Origin: Gammaproteobacteria bacterium
Lineage (GTDB): Bacteria > Pseudomonadota > Gammaproteobacteria > Natronospirales > REEB76
NCBI GenBank assembly: GCA_036383255.1
Contig: DASVOS010000009.1
Location: 148,110-212,109 of the forward strand
DNA length: 64,000 nucleotides
Direction: 5' to 3'
Positions within the stretch are counted from its first letter, which is position 1. Each line of letters opens with the position of its first letter. The notes under the pieces are model-generated. The model ran no database searches and was not told the origin of the DNA. It saw only the letters and a list, made by a program, of their open reading frames with translations. Shown piece by piece: positions 40,758 to 49,858 of the stretch. Position numbers and translations under genes: made by a program.

Positions 40758-42580
40758 TCGACGGTCACCGACTTGGCGAGATTGCGGGGCTTGTCCACGT
40801 CGGTGCCGCGCTTCAGGGCCGTGTGGTAGGCCAGGAGCTGCACCGGGATGGCATGCACGATGGGTGAGAGGATGCCGGCATGGCGCGGGGTGCGGATCAC
40901 GTGCACTCCCGGGCTCTCGGCAAACTGGCTGTCCTGGTCCGCGAACACGAAGAGCTCGCCGCCGCGGGCGCGCACTTCCTGCATGTTGGACTTCACCTTC
41001 TCCAGCAGGGCGTCGTTCGGCGCGATCACCACCACCGGCATGTCCGAGTCCACCAGGGCCAGCGGCCCATGCTTGAGTTCTCCGGCCGGATAGGCCTCGG
41101 CATGGATGTAGGAGATCTCCTTGAGCTTGAGCGCGCCTTCCAGGGCGATGGGGTAATGCACGCCTCGCCCAAGGAACAGCGCGTGGTCCCGCTGGGCGAA
41201 GCGCCCGGCCCATTCCTTGATCTGGGGCTCGAGATTGAGGGCGTGCTGCACGCACTCGCCGAGATGGCGCAGGCTGGTGATGAAACCCATCTCACGCCCC
41301 ACCGGCAGGCGGCCCTGCAGCCGCGCCAGGGTCACGGCGAAGCCGAACAACGCCACCAGCTGGGTGGTGAAAGCCTTGGTGGAGGCGACGCCGATCTCGG
41401 CGCCGGCGCGGGTGTAGAACACCAGGCGCGAGGCGCGCGGGATCGCGCTCTCCGGCACGTTGCAGATGGAGAGGGTCTTGTCGTGGCCGACGGCTACCGC
41501 GTGCTTCAGAGCCTCCAGGGTGTCCAGGGTCTCGCCCGACTGGGAGATGGTGATGACGAGCTGCCTGGGATTCGCCACCGAGTCGCGGTAGCGGTACTCG
41601 CTGGCGATCTCCACCGACACCGGCACGCCGGCGATGGCTTCTATCCAGTAGCGAGCGGTGAGCCCGGCGTAATAGCTGGTGCCGGCCGCCAGGATCAGGA
41701 CCGAGTCCACGTCCCGGAACACCTCCTCCGCGTCCATGCCGAACAGCCGCGGCACGAAGCCCTGTTCAACGAACGGCGAGAGGGTGTCCCGCAGCATCTG
41801 AGGCTGCTCGTGGATCTCCTTCTGCATGTAGTGCTGATGGGCGCCGAGGTCCAGCGACGCCAGGGAAACATCGCTGACGCGCGGCGTCCGCTCCACCGGC
41901 CGGCCTTCCCGGTCGGTCACACGCACCTTGAGGTCACGCAGCTCCACCACGTCGCCGTCCTCCAGGTACAGCACGCGGCGGGTGGCCGAGAGCACCGCCG
42001 AGACATCGGAGGCGAGGAAGTTCTCCCCCTCCCCCAGCCCGACCAGCAGCGGGCATCCCATGCGGGCGCCGGTCACGACGTCCGGGGACTTGAGGGAGAG
42101 CACGCCGATGGCATAGGCGCCGGTCAGCTCCCGCGCCGCCTCCTGGGTGGCGCGGAACAGGTCGCCATGCTTCTGCAGGTGGTGATGGATGAGGTGTGCG
42201 ATCACCTCGGTGTCGGTCTGGGACTCGAAGGCGTAGCCGAGCTGCTTGAGGCGGGCTCGCTGCTCCTCATGGTTCTCGATGATGCCGTTGTGCACCACCG
42301 CGATCTCGTCACGCGAGACGTGGGGGTGGGCATTGGGCTCGGTGACGCCGCCGTGGGTGGCCCAGCGGGTGTGGCCGATTCCGGTGGTGCCGGCAAGCCG
42401 GCCGGCGCGCGCCTTGCCCTGCATCTCCGCCACGCGGCCTACGCTGCGCACGCGCCTGATGCTGCCGTTGACCACCGCGATGCCCGCTGAGTCATAGCCG
42501 CGGTACTCGAGCCTCTGCAGGCCTTCGATCAGGATCGGGACGATGTCGCGTCCACCAACCGCTGCGACGATTCCACACAT
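40754..42580 (-). CDS. glmS: Glutamine--fructose-6-phosphate aminotransferase (isomerizing)
   Basis: N-terminal MCGIVAAVG Ntn-amidotransferase; two SIS domains; C-terminal NLAKSVTVE. Confidence 0.95.
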   Translation of the reverse strand: MCGIVAAVGGRDIVPILIEGLQRLEYRGYDSAGIAVVNGSIRRVRSVGRVAEMQGKARAGRLAGTTGIGHTRWATHGGVTEPNAHPHVSRDEIAVVHNGIIENHEEQRARLKQLGYAFESQTDTEVIAHLIHHHLQKHGDLFRATQEAARELTGAYAIGVLSLKSPDVVTGARMGCPLLVGLGEGENFLASDVSAVLSATRRVLYLEDGDVVELRDLKVRVTDREGRPVERTPRVSDVSLASLDLGAHQHYMQKEIHEQPQMLRDTLSPFVEQGFVPRLFGMDAEEVFRDVDSVLILAAGTSYYAGLTARYWIEAIAGVPVSVEIASEYRYRDSVANPRQLVITISQSGETLDTLEALKHAVAVGHDKTLSICNVPESAIPRASRLVFYTRAGAEIGVASTKAFTTQLVALFGFAVTLARLQGRLPVGREMGFITSLRHLGECVQHALNLEPQIKEWAGRFAQRDHALFLGRGVHYPIALEGALKLKEISYIHAEAYPAGELKHGPLALVDSDMPVVVIAPNDALLEKVKSNMQEVRARGGELFVFADQDSQFAESPGVHVIRTPRHAGILSPIVHAIPVQLLAYHTALKRGTDVDKPRNLAKSVTVE

Positions 42581-42602
42581 TTGTCTGTCTCCAGGTTGCA
42601 GT

Positions 42603-43763
42603 TCAACCGGCAGTGCGTTCCCAAGTCACCTGCTGGCGGCCGTTGAGCAGGTGGACCAGCGCCATCACCGTGGCCCAGTTGAGCAGGCAGAAGGCGTAAG
42701 GGACGTTGAGGAAGAAAGGTTTACGGGCGGCGTGCCGCGTGAGGTAGCCGAGCAGCGCGGCGGCATAGAACAGCACCTGGGCCACGAAGAGGCCGCGGTA
42801 GGCCACCTGGTCCTGGGCCAGCAGCAGGTTCGCGCCGAAGGCCAGCGCGAGCCACAGGGGGCTCAGCAGCCGGCACAGCTTGTGGGACACGGTCTGCCAC
42901 CACAGCCGGTTCTGGAACGGATTCAACAGCCAGGGCCTGAGGAAGAACAGCTGGAAGTTACCGGCGATGGTCCGCAGCTTGCGGGTGAACTCATGGCGCG
43001 CATCCGGCGCCACCCAGTCGTAAGCCCGGGCGCGCGGCTCGAACAGCACCCGGTAGCCCTGCCGCGCCACCTGCATGGGTATCAGCACATCGTCCAGGAT
43101 CAGGGCCTCGGGGATGGGTCGGAACAGCTCGCGGCGCAGCGCGTAGATGGCACCGGTGGCGCCCACGGTGGAGTCCACCCGGCTCTCGTAGAGGCGCATG
43201 AACTTCTCATAGCGCCAGTAGAAATCCACGCCTTTGCCCACCTCGGAGCGCCCTGCACGGCCGTCCAGGAGCACCAGTTCACCGCTCACGGCTCCCACTT
43301 TCGGGTCCACGAAGCGGGCGGCGAGCGCCCTGAGCGCACCGGTCTCGAAGCGCTGGCGGGCGTCCGCCAGCACCACGATCTCGCCCGTGGCCATGGGCAC
43401 CACGTCGTTCAGCACCGCGCTCTTGCCGCGCCGCTGCCGGAACTCGACCACGCGCACCTGCTCCGATGCATAGACGCGGGCCCGTTCCACGGTGCTGTCG
43501 GTGGAGCCGTCGGAGGCCACGATCACCTCTACCCGGTCCCAGGGATAATCCAGGTCGAGGAAGTTCTCGAGCCGCTGGCGGATGCGGCGCGCCTCGTTGT
43601 ACGCCACCACCACCAGGGTGATGCGCGGCTGCAGCCAGCCCTCCGCCGGGATACGGCGCGGCAGTGCCGCCAGCAGGCGGATGAGCAGCGGATAGCCCAG
43701 ATACGTGTAGAGCAGCAGGGCCACGGACGCCCAGAACCACAGGGAGAGGTACGCCATGTCCAT
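42603..43763 (-). CDS. Membrane-embedded glycosyltransferase family 2 (synthase-like)
   Basis: N-terminal TM, GT-A core ([21 protein letters not shown]), C-terminal TM helices. Confidence 0.85.
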   Translation of the reverse strand: MDMAYLSLWFWASVALLLYTYLGYPLLIRLLAALPRRIPAEGWLQPRITLVVVAYNEARRIRQRLENFLDLDYPWDRVEVIVASDGSTDSTVERARVYASEQVRVVEFRQRRGKSAVLNDVVPMATGEIVVLADARQRFETGALRALAARFVDPKVGAVSGELVLLDGRAGRSEVGKGVDFYWRYEKFMRLYESRVDSTVGATGAIYALRRELFRPIPEALILDDVLIPMQVARQGYRVLFEPRARAYDWVAPDARHEFTRKLRTIAGNFQLFFLRPWLLNPFQNRLWWQTVSHKLCRLLSPLWLALAFGANLLLAQDQVAYRGLFVAQVLFYAAALLGYLTRHAARKPFFLNVPYAFCLLNWATVMALVHLLNGRQQVTWERTAG

Positions 43764-45523
43764 CAGTGCCCCTGGGCCGCCACGCAGGATGGGACCGAAT
43801 CCCCGAGATGGGGGTCGTAGGCATCGAGGGAGGCGCAGAGCTGATCCACGTCCACTCCGATGTCGCCGCCGTCATCGGCTCCGGCCTTGTATGCGCTGCC
43901 GGGCGCCAGGCGGTAGTCCCGCGCGCCCATGCGTGCGAAGCCGACGCCCCCCAGGTCCTTGGGGAAAAAGTTGCCGGACGGGTACTGCTGCGGGGCGGCG
44001 CCCACGATCACGTTGCGGCGCAGCTTGGCGCCCGGGAAGTAGGCCGAGATGGTGGACACACCGACACCCTTGTTGGTGCCGATGATGCCGTAGCGGTTAT
44101 GGGGCGCGATGTTGTCCGTATAGCTGAAACCGGAGACGGCGCGGCCGTCGCTGAACACGATGGTGCCGGTCTGCAGCGAGGTGTTGTGGCTGAAAGCTAC
44201 GTCGCGGCTGCCATCGCCCATCATGAGCAGCACGCCGGGGCCCCAAGGTCCGCCTACGTCCTCGAACAGGTTGTTGGAGACCTGGATGCGCTGGGTCTGG
44301 CGGCTCGGATGGTTATTGTCGTAGCCCAGGATGTTGATGCCGTTGGCCACGTGGCGCACCACGTTGTCCTTGAAGGTCACGTCCTGCACCACCGACCAGG
44401 GGGCGCTGCCGTCCTGGTCGCGCACCGTGAACAGGATGGAGAATCCGTCCTGGGACTGGGCCCAGTTGTATTCGAGCAGGTTGCCTTCCACCAGCACCCG
44501 CTGGGCATTCTTGAGCTCGAAGATGTTCTTCACGCTCCAGGGGGTGCCCTGGTAGGCGGGATCGTCCTTCTTCCAGGCCAATGGCTTGGAGAAGTGGTTG
44601 CCGCGCACCTCGATGTCCGAGGGCACCAGGTTCGGGATGGTGGGGTCGGTGCCGCCGAACAGCACGTTCTCGCCGGCGGCCTCCAGGTAGTCATCCACGA
44701 TCATGAACGGCCCGGTACCGTTCCAGGCCGAGAGCGCCTGGCTGTCCTCTCCTACCTGCTTGAAGTCGGAGAGATAGGAGTCGATGACCGCCACGTAGCG
44801 GCCGTTCATGGCCACGCCACGGCGTGCGCCCACCTGCGGGTCGCCGTGCAGGTAGCAGCGGTCTACGATGATGTGATGCGCCAAGGTCTCGATGGACTTG
44901 TCGCCGTTGCCGATCACGAAGAGGTTCGCCAGGAAGGCGGCCTTGGGCGCGGCAGGCGCGCCACCGCCCAGGCTGAAGCCATGCAGCCAGCTCAGCGCCT
45001 TGCTGACGCTGGCGGGGCCGGGCCTGAGCTCCAGTCCGATGAGCCGGTAGTGATGCGCGCCTTGGGCGGTGCGCAGCACCGGCCCGCTGCTGGCCTCCAG
45101 CTTGGGCATGAGAGCGGCATCGTCCGGAGACACGCGCACGCCAGGCGCGAGGCGGCCGTCCGCCACCGCGCTCGATTCCACGACGATCCAGCCGGCGGTG
45201 TCGGCGGGCTTGAGCGGCAACGTGAAGCTGCCACTGAAGACCGCGCCGGCCTCCAGCACCACGGTGTCACCCGGCTGGGCCTTGTCCAGCGCTGCCTGCA
45301 GGTCGCCACCGGCTTTCACGTCGATGCGCTTGCCGGTGGGGCGCACATAGCGCGCGTCCACGTAGCCCTGCGGGAGCTCGGGGGTCTGGCGTCCAGCCGG
45401 CTGCGGCGGGGCGGCGGCGACCGCCGCCTCGCTGTGGCAGCCCGGGACGATCAGGAGTGGGCCGGCGACCCCTGAGGCGAGTAGGCCGGCGTATAGGAAC
45501 CTGACGATGAAGGTTGTTTGCAT
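43763..45523 (-). CDS. Right-handed parallel beta-helix lipoprotein (polysaccharide lyase/epimerase/hydrolase-like)
   Basis: Start MQTTFIVRF (45521-45523) with AAGGTGG RBS; lipobox-like LIVPGC; repetitive beta-helix pattern (NHF, VEGN, FKDNVV, VSNNLF, FSHNT, YTDN). Confidence 0.7.
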   Translation of the reverse strand: MQTTFIVRFLYAGLLASGVAGPLLIVPGCHSEAAVAAAPPQPAGRQTPELPQGYVDARYVRPTGKRIDVKAGGDLQAALDKAQPGDTVVLEAGAVFSGSFTLPLKPADTAGWIVVESSAVADGRLAPGVRVSPDDAALMPKLEASSGPVLRTAQGAHHYRLIGLELRPGPASVSKALSWLHGFSLGGGAPAAPKAAFLANLFVIGNGDKSIETLAHHIIVDRCYLHGDPQVGARRGVAMNGRYVAVIDSYLSDFKQVGEDSQALSAWNGTGPFMIVDDYLEAAGENVLFGGTDPTIPNLVPSDIEVRGNHFSKPLAWKKDDPAYQGTPWSVKNIFELKNAQRVLVEGNLLEYNWAQSQDGFSILFTVRDQDGSAPWSVVQDVTFKDNVVRHVANGINILGYDNNHPSRQTQRIQVSNNLFEDVGGPWGPGVLLMMGDGSRDVAFSHNTSLQTGTIVFSDGRAVSGFSYTDNIAPHNRYGIIGTNKGVGVSTISAYFPGAKLRRNVIVGAAPQQYPSGNFFPKDLGGVGFARMGARDYRLAPGSAYKAGADDGGDIGVDVDQLCASLDAYDPHLGDSVPSCVAAQGH

Positions 45524-46827
45524 GGCTCTTCCACCTTTGTCTGGACACGGGACACACGCGCGATGCCGCGCGTGAGGTCTATGACGGGCAGTTCCGGCGC
45601 GGCGGCCAGCACCTGGCTGGTCTCTTCGCCGGCATTGCCCACCACCAGCAGTTCGGCGTGGTTGAGGAGATCGGCAGCCTCGGTGCACATGAGCGAGGAG
45701 ATATGCGGTATCTCCTCCTCGATGTAGCGCCGGTTGGCGCCGGTGAGACGCGCCACCGCGACGTTGTGGTCGAGGATCCGCACCTCTAGGCCCTTGCCGA
45801 TGAGGTTCTCGACCAGCGTCACCATCGGGCTCTCGCGCAGGTCATCGGTGCCGGGCTTGAAGGACAGGCCGAGTACGCCGATACGGCGCTTGTGGGTGGC
45901 CAGTACCGTGTCCACGGCTCGGCGGATCTGCGCGCCGTTGGACTCGAGGATGCGGCTGATCAGCGGCAGCTCCACGTCGGCGCTGCGGGCCGCATAGGTC
46001 AGGGCACGGATGTCCTTGGGCAGGCAGGAACCGCCGAAGGCGAAACCGGGTTTGAGGTAAGCCTCTGAGACGTTGAGCTTGCGGTCCATGCGGAAGATGC
46101 GCATGACTTCCTGCGGTTCCACGCCGAAGGCCTCGCAAGCGTCGCCCACTTCATTCGCGAAGCACACCTTCAAGGCGTGGAAGGTGTTGGCGGTGTACTT
46201 GATCATCTCGGCGGTGCGGATGCTGGTGCTGACGAACGGCGCATCCACGTTTGCGTAGAGTTCGCGCACCTTGGCCGCGGTGGCTTCGTCCTGGCAACCC
46301 ACCAGGGTGAACGGCGGCTGCAGGAAGTCCTGCAGCGCGCTGCCCTCGCGGATGAACTCCGGGTTCACCGCCACGCTCAGGAAGGAACGGTCACGGCGCT
46401 GGATGCCGGCGCGGATGGCGGGGAACACCACTTCCTCCACCGTACCCGGCAGCACGGTGCTGCGCACCACCACCGTGAACGGTTTCTCCCGATGGTGGAG
46501 CTCTCGGCCGATCTCTGAGCTGAGTTGGCGCAGGATGTCCACGTTGAGCTGGCCGTTGGCGTAGCCCGGCGTGCCGACGCAGATGAGCGCCATGTCCGAG
46601 TTGGCGATGCCCTCGGCCGCCGAGGTGGTGGCACGCAGGCGCCCATTCGCCACCGTGAAGGCCAGCAGGGCCTCCAGGCCGGGCTCCACGATGGGCGAGA
46701 GGCCGCCGTTGACCATCGCCACCTTCTCTGGATTGACGTCCACGCCGATGACCTGGTGGCCTGCCTCCGCGAAGCGTGCGGCGCTCACGCAGCCCACGTA
46801 ACCCAGTCCGAATATGCTGATACGCAT
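45451..46827 (-). CDS. Nucleotide-sugar 6-dehydrogenase, AlgD (GDP-mannose dehydrogenase)-like
   Basis: MRISIFGLGYVGCV...VIGVDVNPEKV...SPIVEPGLEALL, GFAFGGSCLPKD, closely resembling P. aeruginosa AlgD as recalled; 3-prime end overlaps the next gene by 73 nt. Confidence 0.9.
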   Translation of the reverse strand: MRISIFGLGYVGCVSAARFAEAGHQVIGVDVNPEKVAMVNGGLSPIVEPGLEALLAFTVANGRLRATTSAAEGIANSDMALICVGTPGYANGQLNVDILRQLSSEIGRELHHREKPFTVVVRSTVLPGTVEEVVFPAIRAGIQRRDRSFLSVAVNPEFIREGSALQDFLQPPFTLVGCQDEATAAKVRELYANVDAPFVSTSIRTAEMIKYTANTFHALKVCFANEVGDACEAFGVEPQEVMRIFRMDRKLNVSEAYLKPGFAFGGSCLPKDIRALTYAARSADVELPLISRILESNGAQIRRAVDTVLATHKRRIGVLGLSFKPGTDDLRESPMVTLVENLIGKGLEVRILDHNVAVARLTGANRRYIEEEIPHISSLMCTEAADLLNHAELLVVGNAGEETSQVLAAAPELPVIDLTRGIARVSRVQTKVEEPCKQPSSSGSYTPAYSPQGSPAHS

Positions 46828-46842
46828 GTCTCTGAAACTCCT

Positions 46843-47655
46843 CTATTGGATTCTTTCGCCCTGTTCCCGTTCCAGCCGCGCGAAGCGCTCCGCGATGAGC
46901 GGGTAGCCCGCTCCCAGCAGCGCCTTCACGGGCTTCTTCACGTTCCACTTCAGCCACGCCGGGTACAGCGCGCCCGGCTCCCGGGCCGCGAGCCGCGCGG
47001 CGAGGTCGGTGGGGTCGCCGCGCCGCACCGTGTAGCGTCCCCGTACCGTGCAGCCGGCGATGCGGCGCGCGCGGGTCTCGGGTTCCGAGGTGAACAGCGT
47101 GGTGATGCCCGCCTCCGCCGCCGCCTGTGCGGCGCGCGGCGCGAAGTAGCCGCCCGGCAAAGAGCCCGCGGTGACGTCGGCACCCAGGATGTCCTGCAGC
47201 GCGGCCCGGCTGTCACGCCACTCACGGCGCATGCGCTCCGGGGTGCAGGCCGTGAAGCGCGCCGGATGGCTGACAGAATGGCTGCCGATCACATGGCCGC
47301 GCGCGTGCAGCTCACGCAACTGCTGCCGGTCCAGGAATCCCGGCCGCCCTATCCAATCGCTGGTGACGAAGCAGTGGCCACGCCAGCCCCGCGTCTCCAG
47401 CCGCTCCGCCACCTGTGTGAAATAGGAGCGCCCACCGTCGTCGAAGGTCAACGCCAGGGGCAGCGGGTTCGCCGCAGGCTCGGGCCGCGTCACCAGGAGC
47501 GGCGGCGCATGCAGCACCTCGGCGAGGCAGGCGAGCTGGCGCTCGAACTCAGTGAGCGTCAGCTTGTAGCGTCCGGCACCCTCTCCCGCGAAACCGCTCT
47601 CGGCCGGATCCGTGACGTAGACATCGTGGTACAGGAGCGTGAGCAACGCGGTCAT
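46843..47655 (-). CDS. Polysaccharide deacetylase (NodB/CE4 family)
   Basis: TFDDGGRS and GSHSVSHP motifs. Confidence 0.8.
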   Translation of the reverse strand: MTALLTLLYHDVYVTDPAESGFAGEGAGRYKLTLTEFERQLACLAEVLHAPPLLVTRPEPAANPLPLALTFDDGGRSYFTQVAERLETRGWRGHCFVTSDWIGRPGFLDRQQLRELHARGHVIGSHSVSHPARFTACTPERMRREWRDSRAALQDILGADVTAGSLPGGYFAPRAAQAAAEAGITTLFTSEPETRARRIAGCTVRGRYTVRRGDPTDLAARLAAREPGALYPAWLKWNVKKPVKALLGAGYPLIAERFARLEREQGERIQ

Positions 47656-48488
47656 CGCCCCGCCTCACGCGGCATACCCTGGCGGGCGGCGTGCTTCCAG
47701 CGGAAATAAGCGCTGAGCCAGGGCTGACCCCAAGTGGCGGATTTGCGCTCGACCACGGGCAGGGGCTGCAGGTAGCCTCGCCAGGCGGCGCGCAACTTCT
47801 CGGCTACCGCGTCCAGGTTCTCCAGCACCACCCGGTACTGCATCACCGCGTGGGATTCCTTGAGCTCGTCGAATCCGTAGGAGGCCTGCAGCAGGATGGG
47901 GCCGGTATCCACGCCCGGGTCCACCTTGAGCAGGGTCATGCCGACCCGCTGCACGTCCCGGTTCGCGAGGGCCCAGAAGCAGCCGTGGGCATTGCGGTAC
48001 TCGGGGCAGATGCCCGGGTGCAGCGCATAGGTGCCATGGCTGGGTACGCCGAACACCTCAGGCTTCAGCAGAGTCTTGCAGCGTGCGATCATGACGTGCG
48101 GCCGCACCCAGCGTAGGAACGCGCGCACCGCGGGGCCGTTGGGGTCGTGGGTCACCAGTGTCATCACACCGGACGGATCCACCGGGTAGCGCGCCTTCAG
48201 CCGCTGCACCTCGTCGTCGATCCAGGCCGCATCGCGGCGCCCCCACATCAGGCGGTAATAGAAGCGGAAGGCCAGCACGTCCAGGAAGCGCAGCAGGCCG
48301 ACGCGGCGGATCTCGCGCCGGACCCGCTGCCAGGCGCGGCTGCGCCGCTCCTTGAGGCGGATCACTCCGACGAGGTCCATGCTGCTGGCGACCCAGGCCG
48401 TCAGGCCCTCGGTGTCGATGCGGTCCCCCTCGTGGCACATCAGCACCACGCGGGGCACGCCGGGACGGTGATGGAGCACCTCAGCCAC
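47652..48488 (-). CDS. Formyltransferase-fold protein (Formyl_trans_N-like)
   Basis: ALHPGICPEYRN...GMTLLKVDPGVDTGPILLQ resembles the HxSLLPxxRG...D(T)G core; start uncertain (GTG 48488 overlapping the upstream stop is proposed). Confidence 0.5.
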   Translation of the reverse strand: MAEVLHHRPGVPRVVLMCHEGDRIDTEGLTAWVASSMDLVGVIRLKERRSRAWQRVRREIRRVGLLRFLDVLAFRFYYRLMWGRRDAAWIDDEVQRLKARYPVDPSGVMTLVTHDPNGPAVRAFLRWVRPHVMIARCKTLLKPEVFGVPSHGTYALHPGICPEYRNAHGCFWALANRDVQRVGMTLLKVDPGVDTGPILLQASYGFDELKESHAVMQYRVVLENLDAVAEKLRAAWRGYLQPLPVVERKSATWGQPWLSAYFRWKHAARQGMPREAGR

Positions 48489-49680
48489 GGGCGGCCTCGC
48501 AGTGGGAGCCGAACACCCGAGCCACCTGGGGCCACGCGTAGCGCTCATGGGTTAGCCGCTGCCCGGCCTCGCCCAGCGCATGGCGCTGGACCGGATCCCT
48601 GAGCAGTTGGACCACAGCGGTGGCGAAGGCCTGGGGGTCGTCGGCCCGGAGGTAGTGCTCGCCGGGAGCGAGCGGCAACCCTTCCACGCCGACGGTGGTG
48701 GAGACCACCGCCTTACCCATGGAGAGGGCCTCGAATATCTTGAGGCGGGTGCCCCCGCCGATGCGCAGCGGGACCACGTAGACAGCCGCCGCGTCTATAT
48801 AAGGGCGCACGTCGTCGACGGTCCCTGTGACCTTGACCCCCGCCGCCTCGGCGGCACGGCGCAGCTCGCCGCTGGGATTGCGTCCTACCACGGTGACGTT
48901 GACCCGCGGCACCTCGCGGCGCACCGTCGGCAGGATGTCGCCGATGAAGTGACGGATGGCATCCTCATTGGGATGCCAGTCCATGGAGCCGGTGAATACG
49001 ATCTCCGCCGGCGCCTCGGGCGTGCCGTTGGCCTTGAAGTACCCGGTGTCGACGCCGGTGGGCACGTCGAAGATGGCCGCACCGCGGGCGTCAGCGCTGT
49101 GGAGTGCCCTGTCCTCGGGCGATACCGCCACCGTGAGGCGGGCCTTGCGGCAGACTGTGGCTTCGTAGCGGCGCATCTTGCGCCACTCGATGCCGAGCAG
49201 TGCGCGCTTGAGGGGATTCGCCTGCACGGCGGCGAGCCGTTTCAAGATCATGTACTCGACGTTATGGGAGAAGAAAACCACCGGGACGGGCCCATCCAGC
49301 GGCACGTTCGGCGTGGCGACCGCGAAATCGGCGACGCAAAGGTCGATCTCGCCTGCCGCCATGAGACGCTCCACCTCGGCCCGCAAGGCCGGTACACGGT
49401 GCTTGTAGATGTCCACCGGCATGGAGGAGAACCAGGAACCCAGCAGCGTCAGGGGGAATCGCGGGTTGTGCCACTTGGGCGCCGCGAAGGGGAAGGAACG
49501 CACGCGTTTGCAGTGGGGCAGCTGGCGGGCAAGAGCCTCGTTGTCCTCACCCGGCAGGTGCGTGGTGAAGACGCTGAGTTCGTGCTCGTGAGCGAGCTCC
49601 GACAGGATATTGAGGCTGCGCAAGCGGCCGCCTGTATTGGGCGGCCACAAGCCGCCGACTTTCACCCAAAGGATTCGCAT
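48481..49680 (-). CDS. Glycosyltransferase family 4 (GT-B)
   Basis: MRILWVKVGGLWPPNTGG N-terminus; C-terminal EX7E region GGTRLKIFEALSMGKAVVST. Confidence 0.85.
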   Translation of the reverse strand: MRILWVKVGGLWPPNTGGRLRSLNILSELAHEHELSVFTTHLPGEDNEALARQLPHCKRVRSFPFAAPKWHNPRFPLTLLGSWFSSMPVDIYKHRVPALRAEVERLMAAGEIDLCVADFAVATPNVPLDGPVPVVFFSHNVEYMILKRLAAVQANPLKRALLGIEWRKMRRYEATVCRKARLTVAVSPEDRALHSADARGAAIFDVPTGVDTGYFKANGTPEAPAEIVFTGSMDWHPNEDAIRHFIGDILPTVRREVPRVNVTVVGRNPSGELRRAAEAAGVKVTGTVDDVRPYIDAAAVYVVPLRIGGGTRLKIFEALSMGKAVVSTTVGVEGLPLAPGEHYLRADDPQAFATAVVQLLRDPVQRHALGEAGQRLTHERYAWPQVARVFGSHCEAARG

Positions 49681-49800
49681 AGAGCCTTCTCGATTCCATC
49701 GAGCCGGACCACATCGCAGTCCGCGCCATCCCTGTCTCTACATAATTCGCCGGACCCACCGGCGTCGTGTGAAGCACTGTCGCATCCACACCCTGCAGGA

Positions 49801-49816
49801 GGTATCCGGTGATACC
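49801..49816. promoter_or_regulatory. Palindrome GGTATC-CGGT-GATACC in the only sizeable intergenic gap of the EPS operon
   Basis: Contains GGTGATACCC, one deletion away from Box 1 core GGTGATTACCC; 121-136 nt upstream of the GT4 start at 49680. Confidence 0.3.
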
Positions 49817-49858
49817 CGCAATCTCCTGCGGATAAACCCGCAGTTGGACGTTAGGTGT

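Noticed and set aside
40880-45475. 536-aa (40880-42490) and 569-aa (43766-45475) plus-strand ORFs opposite glmS and the beta-helix gene. Similar cases lie at 9589-10713, 10940-12124, 42543-43820, 46525-47709, 48580-49812, 50855-52015, 55039-56085 and 56967-58058
   Set aside because: All are mirror-strand ORFs of confidently assigned genes. They have low-complexity Arg/Ala/Gly/His-rich translations and no motifs.
45451-45523. 73-nt overlap between the AlgD-like gene end and the beta-helix gene start, considered as a possible frameshift or misassembly
   Set aside because: Both reading frames are intact. The beta-helix start has a good RBS and a lipoprotein signal peptide, and the dehydrogenase simply has a ~20-aa low-complexity tail. 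No evidence of disruption is visible.
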